Assembly: GCA_002433895.1 (NCBI GenBank)
Contig: DJJA01000005.1
Span: 3,883-67,882 of the forward strand
Reading direction: 5' to 3'
From: Candidatus Gottesmanbacteria bacterium UBA6580
GTDB taxonomy: Bacteria; Patescibacteriota; Microgenomatia; UBA10105; UBA927
Length of the DNA: 64,000 nucleotides
A model generated the notes under the pieces. That model was given only the letters and a program-made list of their open reading frames with translations. It searched no databases and had not been told where the DNA came from. Each line of letters starts with the position of its first letter. Within the stretch, counting starts at the first letter, position 1. Shown piece after piece: positions 31,869 to 40,891 of this stretch. The translations under genes and the position numbers were made by a program.

Positions 31869-32051
31869 TTATCGATTGAGTAGCTTAAGAACTTCTTCTT
31901 TATTGTATTTTCTATCCTTACGTGCCCCAAACCTCACGGCCTTGAGAATACCCTTCTTGTCCCACTGCCTCAGGGTATTGGGGTGAACTTTGAGGAGCTC
32001 ACAGGTCTCCTTCATTGTCAGTAGTTCTGGTAATTGCGTGTCTTTTTTCAT
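31869..32051 (-). CDS. AlpA/excisionase-family HTH DNA-binding protein
   Basis: 60 aa (…LLTMKETCELLKVHPNTLRQWDKKGILKAVRFG…), an HTH_17-type prophage regulator. Its stop lies 1 nt from the start of component A. Confidence 0.6.
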   Translation of the reverse strand: MKKDTQLPELLTMKETCELLKVHPNTLRQWDKKGILKAVRFGARKDRKYNKEEVLKLLNR

Positions 32052-32108
32052 TGTCTAATAACCTACCATTTGATACTATTACCATACTAGAAATACCTTA
32101 AATTTACA

Positions 32109-32942
32109 ATGGAAGACAAATATATCCTTACTAGCAAAAACTTTGAAGACTGGCGAAACTATTTATTGGTTAATAGCTTCTTTTTTGATGTGTTGATGAG
32201 AATAATACGACGTGATCTTGGTCTTCCAGAGAATGGCATAAAAGATCTAGAGGAAATGATTCGCTGGGACGGAGAAAGGAAAGATCAAGTTAGACGAAAA
32301 ATTACCCCCACCTCAAAGCGTAAAAAGACCGGAGTTCAAACGGTCAAAGAAATATTTGCCATTGAGGATGAGGTGAGGCGAAAAGCATACCCACAAATCT
32401 GGGAAGCTATCGAAAAGTTTGCTGATTTTAACTTAGACTTTTCACTACTCCACACCTTTGTCTTGGGTAATACAAGAATATCGTTTGGTGGAAGCTCGAG
32501 GGTTTTAATGGTTACATCCCCAAATGATCCAATTCAAGAAACTGGTGTATATATCAAATATTCTCCCGAGCTAAGCGAAAAAGACATCATTGCATTAATC
32601 AAACAAGCACGTGAGTCGTACGAGTCGTTGTTTAAATACAGACACCCATCCGAAAGGACACATGATGAAAATGGTAAGCCGTATATCAAACGTCCGAAGC
32701 TAAAAGTTCGCCAAAGGAAAGTGTCCCAACCAACCAAAGAACAGCTAAAAATTTTCGAGTCAGTAGAAAATTGTCTAAAAGAAGATTATTCCTCCAGAAC
32801 CGATTCGATAAAAATGCAAGTTGTTTTTGAACTGGTTGCCACCAAATTAAAGAAAAATATGAACTCGGTTCAGCGAACATACCACGCCATTTTGAGAAAC
32901 TACAATTTACCTACAAGTGTCGATACCCGCAATATTTTCTAA
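32109..32942 (+). CDS. hypothetical protein (phage-associated)
   Basis: 277-aa basic protein divergently transcribed from the HTH gene. No motif recognised. Confidence 0.3.
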   Translation: MEDKYILTSKNFEDWRNYLLVNSFFFDVLMRIIRRDLGLPENGIKDLEEMIRWDGERKDQVRRKITPTSKRKKTGVQTVKEIFAIEDEVRRKAYPQIWEAIEKFADFNLDFSLLHTFVLGNTRISFGGSSRVLMVTSPNDPIQETGVYIKYSPELSEKDIIALIKQARESYESLFKYRHPSERTHDENGKPYIKRPKLKVRQRKVSQPTKEQLKIFESVENCLKEDYSSRTDSIKMQVVFELVATKLKKNMNSVQRTYHAILRNYNLPTSVDTRNIF

Positions 32943-33009
32943 CTAATGCGGTGTTAGCCTGAAAAGTCATCTGATTTTTAATTCTTAGATTGTTTGGAAA
33001 AATATAGAT

Positions 33010-34344
33010 ATGTCAAAAGTATCTATACAAACAGTTGAAGTTCCAATCAATGAATTGGTTCCAGCAGACTACAACCCACGAAAACACGATGAGACTGCTA
33101 CTGAGCAACTGAAACAAAGCATTCAACGATTTGGGTTGGTTGATCCAATAATCGTAAACTCCGCCCCGAGTCGTAAAAATATTATCATCGGTGGGCACTT
33201 TCGCTGGGAAGCAGCCAAGGAATTAGGGTTTGAGACTGTCCCCGTGGTCTTTGTTGATATTCCAGATTTAGATAAAGAAAAGGAGCTCAATCTCCGCCTC
33301 AACAAAAACACAGGAGAGTTTGATTGGAATCTTCTCGCAAAATTTGATGAATCGTTACTCTCCGAGATTGGTTTCTCTAGCGACGAACTCGATTCTATTT
33401 TTGATCTTGATATCGAACCAGAGAAATTCGATCTGGAAAAAGAACTACAAAAGCTGAACATCCAGAGTATAAACACCAAAAAAGGAGATATCTATGCTTT
33501 GGGTAATAGTCGTCTGATGTGTGGCGACTCCACAGTTGAAGAAAACATATTAGCTCTCATGAATGGGGAGAAAGCGAATATGTGTTTTACTGACCCACCC
33601 TACATCCTCGACTACTTACATGGGAAGAAAAAACATGGAAGTGCAGTAACAGGCTTTGGGGCAAAACGTGACCGCAGATACTTGGAAACAGATGTTCTAC
33701 CGCCCGACTTTACTGAAAAATGGATGAGTAATATTGCCAAAATCCAAAATGAAAGTTTCAGCATCATTGTTTATGAAAATTGGAAGAACCTTCGCACAAT
33801 TTGGGGTGAGATGGAGAAGCATTGGAAGGTCAAAAACATGATTGTTTGGCACTTGCCCAATCGCCATCAAGGGTTTTCCGCCAAGTATAAATTCTTTTCA
33901 AAACATGACATTGCTATGGTTGGGGCAAGCCCAGACAAAGATGTTGAGTTCAACATGGAGCCAGAAGCAGACGGTCTTCAAGAGGAGTACGAAACCGCTC
34001 TATATGCCATTTCCGGCAAGCCACAATGGGAAGGTTATCAAAAAGGCAAGAAAAACCAACCAACTGATCATATCGAGTATGTAGCGTCCGACGAAAAACA
34101 TTCTGGTCAAGGAATTATCTTTGGTACAAAACCAATTGAAATCCTTATTCCTTACATCAAAGTCCTAACTAAACGCGGTGACCTAATAGTTGAACCTTTC
34201 TCAGGTAGTGGAAGCACGTTAATTGCGTCAACCAAAATGAAACGCAGGTGTTACGGAATGGAAAAGTCTCCCGTTTATGCGGAAGTCATCATTAAACGTT
34301 GGGAAAAGATAACGGGACAGAAAGCAAAGAAAATATATGGATAA
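33010..34344 (+). CDS. ParB-like nuclease domain / DNA (N6-adenine or N4-cytosine) methyltransferase fusion
   Basis: N-terminal ParB/Srx-like region (…LVPADYNPRKHDE…GLVDPIIVN…GGHFRWEAAKELG…), then MTase motif IV DPPY (CFTDPPY) and motif I (FSGSGST). This is an architecture typical of phages. Confidence 0.75.
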   Translation: MSKVSIQTVEVPINELVPADYNPRKHDETATEQLKQSIQRFGLVDPIIVNSAPSRKNIIIGGHFRWEAAKELGFETVPVVFVDIPDLDKEKELNLRLNKNTGEFDWNLLAKFDESLLSEIGFSSDELDSIFDLDIEPEKFDLEKELQKLNIQSINTKKGDIYALGNSRLMCGDSTVEENILALMNGEKANMCFTDPPYILDYLHGKKKHGSAVTGFGAKRDRRYLETDVLPPDFTEKWMSNIAKIQNESFSIIVYENWKNLRTIWGEMEKHWKVKNMIVWHLPNRHQGFSAKYKFFSKHDIAMVGASPDKDVEFNMEPEADGLQEEYETALYAISGKPQWEGYQKGKKNQPTDHIEYVASDEKHSGQGIIFGTKPIEILIPYIKVLTKRGDLIVEPFSGSGSTLIASTKMKRRCYGMEKSPVYAEVIIKRWEKITGQKAKKIYG

Positions 34345-34756
34345 CACAATTGAAAAACGCCAAATCAAAAACAAAGAATTATTGTTGGAGCAACTCAAAA
34401 AGACTCCAGTGGTTCAGATTGCCTGTGAGAAAGCAGGAGTCGGCAGAGCTACTTACTATCGCTGGCGTAAGGAAGATCCAGAATTTACTAAAGCTAGTGA
34501 CCAGGCATTGCTAGATGGCAACCTCCTTGTGAATGATATGGCTGAAAGCCAAATGATGAGCGCTATCAAAGATAAAAATATGACGGCTATTATTTTTTGG
34601 CTCAAGCACCATCACCCAGCCTATGCTACCAAAATAGAAATCACTGCCACAAATAAGAACCAGGATATCGAACTCAGCGATGAACAAAAAGCGTTATTAA
34701 ACAAAGCCTTAGAAATGGTGGCATTGATGCCGCCAGAAAACGAAAACCATGAATGA
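34337..34756 (+). CDS. terminase small subunit-like HTH protein
   Basis: 139 aa with an N-terminal HTH (…VVQIACEKAGVGRATYYRWRKEDPEFTK…). It overlaps both the MTase gene and the large-terminase gene. Confidence 0.45.
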   Translation: MDNTIEKRQIKNKELLLEQLKKTPVVQIACEKAGVGRATYYRWRKEDPEFTKASDQALLDGNLLVNDMAESQMMSAIKDKNMTAIIFWLKHHHPAYATKIEITATNKNQDIELSDEQKALLNKALEMVALMPPENENHE

Positions 34757-36281
34757 CCATCAAGAAATCATTAAATTAGTCCAGATTGACTCTAATTTTA
34801 GAAGAGCTTTAACTCGGGAAAGTTTTTCTTGGTTTTTCATTACCTACTTCACCCATTACATAACTTGTCCGACTGCGCCCTTTCAGAAAGAGATATTTAA
34901 CCTCCTGCAAAATGATGGGTTGTTAAAGGTAGCGGTAACAGCTTTTCGAGGTTCGGCAAAATCCACTATTGCCAGTCTCGCATATCCAATCTGGGCAATG
35001 GTTGGTAGACCCGCCAAGAAATATACATTAGTAGTCAGTCAAACTCAGGATTTATCAAAACAAATACTGACCAACATTAAACAGGAGCTTTCATCAAATG
35101 AATTATTAATTCGAGACTTCGGACCTTTTAATGAAGTGGCTGATGAGTGGCGATCTAATTCATTCGTGATTCCTCAATTTAATGCTCGTATTTCTGCCAT
35201 CTCTCAAAGCGAAAGCATTCGAGGTTTACGTCACTACCAATATCGACCAGATTTAATCGTCATTGATGACGTTGAGGATTTGGAATCAGTTAAAACCAGA
35301 GAGGGTCGAGACAAGGTATGGAATTGGTTTACAGGCGAGGTTATGCCTATCGGTGATCTTAATACCAAGATAGTCATTATTGGCAACCTCTTACACGAAG
35401 ACTCTCTCATGATGCGACTTAAGGAAAGTATTAATAATGGAAAAATGGATGGAGTTTACAAAGAGTATCCACTGCTTGATAAAAATGACAATATCGCTTG
35501 GCTGGGTAAATATCCTTCGATGATGCATATAGAAACCAAACAAAGACAGGTAGCTGATGAATCTGCCTGGTATCGTGAGTATTTGCTTAAGTTTATCTCT
35601 GACGATAAAAGAATTGTGCAAAGGAGTTGGCCACAATTTTATGATAAGTTGCCAGATCTACGACATTATCGAATTTTAGGCATTGGAATTGATTTGGCGA
35701 TATCGGAGAAAAGTAGTGCAGATTTTACCTCCCTTGTTCCCTTTATTGTCATAGGCTATGGGGATGACCTAAAAATATATATCCTTCCATATATCGTAAA
35801 TAAGCGAATGAACTTTCCCGATACGATTTTAGAAATTAAAAGAGTTAGTGCCGTTTTAGAACAAGACTACAAACGAGTACCTACGGTTTTAGTTGAAAAT
35901 GTAAGCTACCAAATGGCAGTCGTTCAACAATTAACTATTGAAAAAATATTAGCAGAACCAGTTGCGATATCCGGCATGAATAAACAGACAAGGTTAGAAA
36001 TGGCCACGCCATATATCAGACAAGGTAAAGTTCTGTTCCCACAAAAAGGTGCAGAGTCTCTCATTAGTCAAATCGTAAATTTTGGCATCGAAAAGCATGA
36101 CGATCTGGTTGATGCATTTACCATAATCGTTTTGAAAGTCTTGCAGTCTGACAGACCAACCTATAAATCAAATGGCCCTACCGAGCCACCAAGGGATCGT
36201 TGGGGAATAGATCCATTCACTGGAGAGTACCGAAACTTAGACGCACCCATCACCGCAGGGATGTGGGGTAAAAGATTTTAA
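34749..36281 (+). CDS. phage terminase large subunit
   Basis: 510 aa. It has a Walker-A-like AFRGSAKST, an ATPase-coupling region (…LIVIDDVED…), and a C-terminal RNaseH-like nuclease region (…GIGIDLAISEKSSADFT…). Confidence 0.7.
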   Translation: MNDHQEIIKLVQIDSNFRRALTRESFSWFFITYFTHYITCPTAPFQKEIFNLLQNDGLLKVAVTAFRGSAKSTIASLAYPIWAMVGRPAKKYTLVVSQTQDLSKQILTNIKQELSSNELLIRDFGPFNEVADEWRSNSFVIPQFNARISAISQSESIRGLRHYQYRPDLIVIDDVEDLESVKTREGRDKVWNWFTGEVMPIGDLNTKIVIIGNLLHEDSLMMRLKESINNGKMDGVYKEYPLLDKNDNIAWLGKYPSMMHIETKQRQVADESAWYREYLLKFISDDKRIVQRSWPQFYDKLPDLRHYRILGIGIDLAISEKSSADFTSLVPFIVIGYGDDLKIYILPYIVNKRMNFPDTILEIKRVSAVLEQDYKRVPTVLVENVSYQMAVVQQLTIEKILAEPVAISGMNKQTRLEMATPYIRQGKVLFPQKGAESLISQIVNFGIEKHDDLVDAFTIIVLKVLQSDRPTYKSNGPTEPPRDRWGIDPFTGEYRNLDAPITAGMWGKRF

Positions 36282-36524
36282 TTATTTGAAGAACTCGTCA
36301 GCCGAGACTTTCAAGGCTTTAGCGAGTTTGTGGATATTATCCACCGACACGTTTTGCTCAGCCCTCTCAATCGAACCGATATAAGTTCTATGGAGGTTGG
36401 CTCTAAAGCCTAATTCCTCCTGAGACAGCCCAGCCTTCTTTCTTAAGGCTCTTAGCCTCTTGCCAAACTGCTTTCTTGTAGGAGTTATTGACATAGTACA
36501 CAAAGCGTATCTAAATGATGTCAA
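36282..36524 (-). CDS. XRE-family HTH transcriptional regulator
   Basis: 80 aa with a classic Cro/C1 HTH (…LRALRKKAGLSQEELGFRANLHRTYIGSIERAEQNVSVDNIHKLAKAL…). Confidence 0.7.
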   Translation of the reverse strand: MTSFRYALCTMSITPTRKQFGKRLRALRKKAGLSQEELGFRANLHRTYIGSIERAEQNVSVDNIHKLAKALKVSADEFFK

Positions 36525-36600
36525 TAGCTCTACAGTCGATAACTAGCATTTCATGGCTAAAAGCGGTATTATTCAGTTAAAGAAAGGAGGTGAGAAATTA

Positions 36601-37155
36601 ATGAAAAAATTACTAAAATGGGGCGGAATTGCCCTACTCATCATCATTGTTCTGGGAATGATTGGCAGTAAAGGTGGCGAAAGCAAGAAAGTCGGGTCCA
36701 ATGACTCCACTACTACCCAAACCGCGGCCAAGACTAATAATCAACCCACCCAGCAGATGTATAGGGTCGGTGATAAAGTCCAAATGGGCGATGTCATCCT
36801 GACGGTTAATAAAGTCGAGACGTCCCAAGGTGGTCAATACACCAAACCGTCATCTGGTAACCAATGGATAGAGTTAAATCTAACCATTGAAAACACTGGA
36901 TCAAACCAAGAGTACATTACTACCCTAGGCCAGATGTTTGTAACTGATAAAGATAATAATCAATATCAGACTACGGTAACCAGCAAGAGAATGGAAAATC
37001 CAGGATCTCTGGGATTAGACGGCGCACTGATAGCCAAAGCCAAGAAAACTGATTGGGTCGGATTTGAAGTACCCAAAACAGCCACAGGCTTAAAGTTCCA
37101 ATACAACGCCAGTTTCTGGAGCAACAAAAGCATTGTAGTCGACCTGGGTAGATAA
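36601..37155 (+). CDS. DUF4352-like membrane-anchored/secreted protein
   Basis: The start at 36601 is preceded by an AAAGGAGGTGA RBS. It has a signal-anchor helix, a Thr/Gln-rich linker, and a beta-rich domain (…YRVGDKVQMGDVILTVNKVE…WIELNLTIENTG…). Confidence 0.45.
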   Translation: MKKLLKWGGIALLIIIVLGMIGSKGGESKKVGSNDSTTTQTAAKTNNQPTQQMYRVGDKVQMGDVILTVNKVETSQGGQYTKPSSGNQWIELNLTIENTGSNQEYITTLGQMFVTDKDNNQYQTTVTSKRMENPGSLGLDGALIAKAKKTDWVGFEVPKTATGLKFQYNASFWSNKSIVVDLGR

Positions 37156-37278
37156 TGACTACGGCTACATACAAAGGATGCCTGAGTTAAACCGCAGGCA
37201 TCTTTTGTTATGTTTTATTTTCATAATGATGACAAGTTCTTTATCTTCATAAAATCTTAATCTCTGCAGAGGTACGAT

Positions 37279-37569
37279 TTGCTTATGCAAACAGCAGTTA
37301 AAAAAGTATACAAAGCAGAAATCCTTCAGAGTCTGCTTTCTACAAAAGTTCAAGTAGAAAAGCTTCTTTTTGATGCTGAAACAAACACCAGTTGGCAAGT
37401 GTTTCACCAACATACACAAACAGCTGTTAATCACTTGAATAATGTAATTAGATTACTAGCAGAACAACATATAACAATCTGTGTGTTAAGTAAATACAAG
37501 CAGATCGGGGTTAATTACTCTCCTGAAGATGTTGATGAAATTATGAAAATATACAGGTATCTAAACTAA
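37279..37569 (+). CDS. hypothetical protein
   Basis: 96-aa ORF. A TCTTCATA direct-repeat box lies immediately upstream. A minus-strand ORF (37165..37434) overlaps it, so one of the two is probably spurious. Confidence 0.25.
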   Translation: MLMQTAVKKVYKAEILQSLLSTKVQVEKLLFDAETNTSWQVFHQHTQTAVNHLNNVIRLLAEQHITICVLSKYKQIGVNYSPEDVDEIMKIYRYLN

Positions 37570-37573
37570 ACTT

Positions 37574-38071
37574 ATGTCACCAAAAACTATTTTTATCTGG
37601 ATGCTCGTGTTTATCGGATCAGTCGTCGGTTTGGCATTTATATTAACTGCCGGCCAGAAGCCTACTCCTGCGACGGCAAGTTATTCGACAGGAGAATCAG
37701 AGCGGCCGAAAGCCGAGACGGATAAAAACACAATAGATTTGGGAACGATTAAAGTATCTGATGTCAAAGTGCAGGATTTCGCACTTAAGAACTCAGGAAC
37801 GAAACCACTCCAAATCCTCAATGTGAACTCAAGCTGTGGCTGTACTGCAGGGCAAATTATCTACAAAGGAGAAACAAGTAAGGAATTCAGTATGCACACA
37901 CAGAGCGGGTTTGTGACAGAGATTGTGCCTGGTGATACCGCGACCGTGCGTTTGACATACCGCCCGGCTTCTATGCCCGTGTATGGACTTGTTGAACGTG
38001 CAGTATTTGTTGAGACGAATGATCCGGCAAACGCGAAACTTACTTTTAGCATTAGAACAAAGGTGGAATAA
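37574..38071 (+). CDS. DUF1573 domain protein
   Basis: Signal-anchor plus the characteristic …LQILNVNSSCGCTAG… motif of DUF1573. Confidence 0.5.
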   Translation: MSPKTIFIWMLVFIGSVVGLAFILTAGQKPTPATASYSTGESERPKAETDKNTIDLGTIKVSDVKVQDFALKNSGTKPLQILNVNSSCGCTAGQIIYKGETSKEFSMHTQSGFVTEIVPGDTATVRLTYRPASMPVYGLVERAVFVETNDPANAKLTFSIRTKVE

Positions 38072-38073
38072 TC

Positions 38074-38898
38074 ATGGACACAAATTTATTATTCGGGATT
38101 TCGTTAACCGCATCATTCTTAGCAGGAGTCTTGGCGCTGTTTGCACCGTGCTGCATTACGTTCCTCTTTCCGTCTTACCTGGGAACAATATTTAAAGAGC
38201 AAAAACGCGTTATGTACTATACGTTTGTATTTGCCGTTGGGTTGGCTTTTATCCTTGTCCCAATAGCACTTGGCATTCGTTCCATCATCTTTTTCCTTGA
38301 TGCGTATCACACACCGATATATTATCTCGGAGCACTCATTATGATTCTGATGGGGGTCATGACTTTAAAGCCGATTTTCCACCTGCCACAAATATTCCAC
38401 GTATCAGGGCTTCAGAATAAGAAAGTGAATACAGCAAGTGTCTTTGGGTTGGGACTTATGTCCGGGTTAACATCTGCATGCTGCGCGCCGGTTTTGTTTG
38501 CCGCCGTTACCCTCACATCACTCTCACCCTCATTGTTTCAGGCGGTGATAGTATCCCTTGCTTATGTGACTGGTATCGTAATGCCGCTCTTTCTAATGTC
38601 GATGTTTTATGACAAAGCGACTGCCAAAGTTACTGGACACAATAGACACAAGATATATACAGTCCTGAAAAATCTCGGAGCAGGAATATTCTTCCTCACC
38701 GGTATTCTCATTGCCGTCTTTAACTATCTAGGAAAGATCCAGATGAACCAGATGGAAGGCTATAGCCAGAAGATCCGTATGATTGTATTTGAAATTGCAA
38801 AATACTTCAAAAACCCGGTCGTCGATATCCTGGTTTTTGGCACAATTATCTATATTTTTTATCGACTACTGAGGTACAAAGGTCATGAAAACGAATAA
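38074..38898 (+). CDS. CcdA/DsbD-like transmembrane thiol-disulfide transporter
   Basis: Polytopic membrane protein with Cys pairs inside TM helices (…LFAPCCITF… and …TSACCAPVLFAAV…). Confidence 0.45.
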   Translation: MDTNLLFGISLTASFLAGVLALFAPCCITFLFPSYLGTIFKEQKRVMYYTFVFAVGLAFILVPIALGIRSIIFFLDAYHTPIYYLGALIMILMGVMTLKPIFHLPQIFHVSGLQNKKVNTASVFGLGLMSGLTSACCAPVLFAAVTLTSLSPSLFQAVIVSLAYVTGIVMPLFLMSMFYDKATAKVTGHNRHKIYTVLKNLGAGIFFLTGILIAVFNYLGKIQMNQMEGYSQKIRMIVFEIAKYFKNPVVDILVFGTIIYIFYRLLRYKGHENE

Positions 38899-39823
38899 AC
38901 TGTTTCCCATACTTTTAATTAGTGCAGTCGCCAACGTCATCTTGGCCGCATTCCTGCTCGCCCCGCAAATTACCAAGTTCAAAAATGCGCGGGCTGGTAT
39001 AGGAGCACAAAACAAAACGGTCGTTTCAAATGCTGCCAATCAGGATAATTTGTTTGATGAAGTCAATCCGGTTGAGGGATTTACCATTAAGGCCAGCTAT
39101 GGCAATTTGGGACCCAAAATGACCTCTTCAGGGGTTATCGACCTTGCAAAGTTTAAAGAGACATACGAAAAATCAAATTCACCGCTGACCGAAGAACAAC
39201 TAGCAATTTTAGAACAGGGGTCGGACAAAAATATAACCATCAATCGTGAGAATTCCTATTTCCTTCTTAACTTCTTTTGGGCAATGGGTCTAGCAAACAA
39301 GTCACCTATTCTCGACGAAGGGGACATGATCAAATACGGCGGCAAAGAAGGTGCTGGCAGCTTTGCCTCAACCGGAGGATGGACATTATCAAAAGGTAAC
39401 GCAATGAACTACTACTCTAAATCAGCACTTATCCCGCTTACCAAGGAGCAAGAAGCACTGGTCTATGAGGTAACATCCAACATTTTCAGACCCTGCTGCA
39501 ATAACTCGACCGCGTTTCCAGATTGTAATCACGGCATGGCGCTCCTTGCTGTTATGCAGCTTATGGCAAGTAATGGTGCTACGGAAAAAGAAATGTACGA
39601 GGCAGGTAAATACTTTAATGCCTACTGGTTCCCCGGCAACTATTATGATTTGGCGATGTACTTTAAGAATAAAGATGGGAAGTCTTTCAAGGAAATGGAT
39701 GCAAAAACAGTTCTTAGCCGTGAGTATTCGTCGGCATCAGGTGCACAAAGCATCAAGAAATGGCTTGTGGAGAAAGGATTAGTCCAACAGCCGCCTAAAA
39801 CTGGTGGCGGATGCGGAGTTTAA
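38885..39823 (+). CDS. exported hypothetical protein
   Basis: 312 aa with a signal-anchor helix and a Cys cluster (…FRPCCNNSTAFPDCNHGMA…). Confidence 0.3.
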   Translation: MKTNKLFPILLISAVANVILAAFLLAPQITKFKNARAGIGAQNKTVVSNAANQDNLFDEVNPVEGFTIKASYGNLGPKMTSSGVIDLAKFKETYEKSNSPLTEEQLAILEQGSDKNITINRENSYFLLNFFWAMGLANKSPILDEGDMIKYGGKEGAGSFASTGGWTLSKGNAMNYYSKSALIPLTKEQEALVYEVTSNIFRPCCNNSTAFPDCNHGMALLAVMQLMASNGATEKEMYEAGKYFNAYWFPGNYYDLAMYFKNKDGKSFKEMDAKTVLSREYSSASGAQSIKKWLVEKGLVQQPPKTGGGCGV

Positions 39824-40055
39824 AATAATGTGGCAGACGGTTGCGTACTACAAAGCTCTTTCAAACCCTAAAAGGCTAGCAATACTCAAACTGGTCGCGG
39901 TTCAAGAGAAAACAGTTGGAGATATTGTTAAGAGGCTACATCTACGACAAGCAAACGTATCTCAACATCTAATGCTTCTCAAAGAAGCAGGTGTTATTGT
40001 GATGAGGCGAAGTGGAAAGAATGTCTATTATCATTTGAAAAATGGAACGAAATAA
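39804..40055 (+). CDS. ArsR/SmtB-family metalloregulator
   Basis: 83 aa with a winged HTH (…LSNPKRLAILKLVAVQEKTVGDIVKRLHLRQANVSQHLMLLKEAGVI…). Confidence 0.7.
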   Translation: MADAEFKIMWQTVAYYKALSNPKRLAILKLVAVQEKTVGDIVKRLHLRQANVSQHLMLLKEAGVIVMRRSGKNVYYHLKNGTK

Positions 40056-40572
40056 GTGCTACCATGAATATAACGAACTCATGATGAAGCATTATCATAA
40101 AAGCATAATTCTACTTGCTACCCCAGATCAGGTTTTTGACTATGCTGATGACCATACCCGATTTTCTTCCCACATGAGCAGTTCTTCCTGGATGATGATG
40201 GGAAGTAAGATGCATATCTCGACAGACAGCAAACTTGGGAAAGAAGTCGGCTCACATATCCTTCTCGAAGGATCAATTCTTGGAATACCAATGTTTGTGG
40301 ACGAGGTCGTCACAGAACACAAAAAGCCAAGTGTTAAAACATGGAAAACAGTGAAGGTAAGAAACCTTTTGGTCATTGGCGATTATGTGATGAAAATAGA
40401 GATATTCCCTCAGGCTAAGAATTCTCTCTTTCGTGTCTCCATAGATTACGTGATGCCAGATAAAAATAGGTGGCTTGGATTACTTCTCGGAGATTGGTAT
40501 GCCAAGTGGTGTGTTCAACAAATGCTTGATGGGGCAAAAAAATATTTTCAGATGAAAAATCTAAGGAGGTGA
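40042..40572 (+). CDS. SRPBCC (START/Aha1-like) superfamily protein
   Basis: 176 aa. The ArsR plus SRPBCC gene pairing is a frequent arrangement. The assignment is by fold-family impression only. Confidence 0.35.
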   Translation: MERNKCYHEYNELMMKHYHKSIILLATPDQVFDYADDHTRFSSHMSSSSWMMMGSKMHISTDSKLGKEVGSHILLEGSILGIPMFVDEVVTEHKKPSVKTWKTVKVRNLLVIGDYVMKIEIFPQAKNSLFRVSIDYVMPDKNRWLGLLLGDWYAKWCVQQMLDGAKKYFQMKNLRR

Positions 40573-40578
40573 ATCATC

Positions 40579-40845
40579 ATGAAGCATAGTGTTTCAGCAA
40601 CTGCCAACGCAGCCGCGGTTACAATTGGTATCTTTTATGTAGTCTGTCGCTTGCTTGTAGGGCTATTTCCAGCGCTTATGTTTGCCGCAGCACAATCGTT
40701 ATTGCACGGTATGGCATTAACACAGGTCGGAACATGGAATTTGAGTATGGGTAATTTCCTCTTGGGCTTACTCACCTCAATGGTATCAGCGTGGTTTATG
40801 GGCTATGTGTTTGCCACGGCCTATAATTCGTTCGCAAAGAAATAA
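40579..40845 (+). CDS. small membrane protein
   Basis: 88 aa with two or three hydrophobic helices. RBS AGGAGGTGA upstream. Confidence 0.35.
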   Translation: MKHSVSATANAAAVTIGIFYVVCRLLVGLFPALMFAAAQSLLHGMALTQVGTWNLSMGNFLLGLLTSMVSAWFMGYVFATAYNSFAKK

Positions 40846-40891
40846 ACGATAACTTAATGTTTTCTTCATGATTTTTTAATATAATAAGATC

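Larger units (their letters stand above)
31869..36524. mobile_element. phage or satellite-like module (regulators, ParB-MTase, TerS, TerL) lacking structural genes
   Basis: AT-rich gene set with phage hallmarks but no capsid, portal or tail ORFs. Confidence 0.5.

Noticed and set aside
32064-32090. TACCAT…TACCAT / ATACT direct repeats in the divergent promoter between the HTH gene and the 277-aa gene, as an operator
   Set aside because: Short, AT-rich and imperfect, so statistically weak without motif enrichment analysis. Noted only as a possible site.
37165-37434. 89-aa minus-strand ORF overlapping the 37279..37569 plus-strand ORF
   Set aside because: No RBS or motif. It overlaps the direct-repeat box region and is probably a spurious AT-rich ORF. 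The plus-strand ORF is itself low-confidence.
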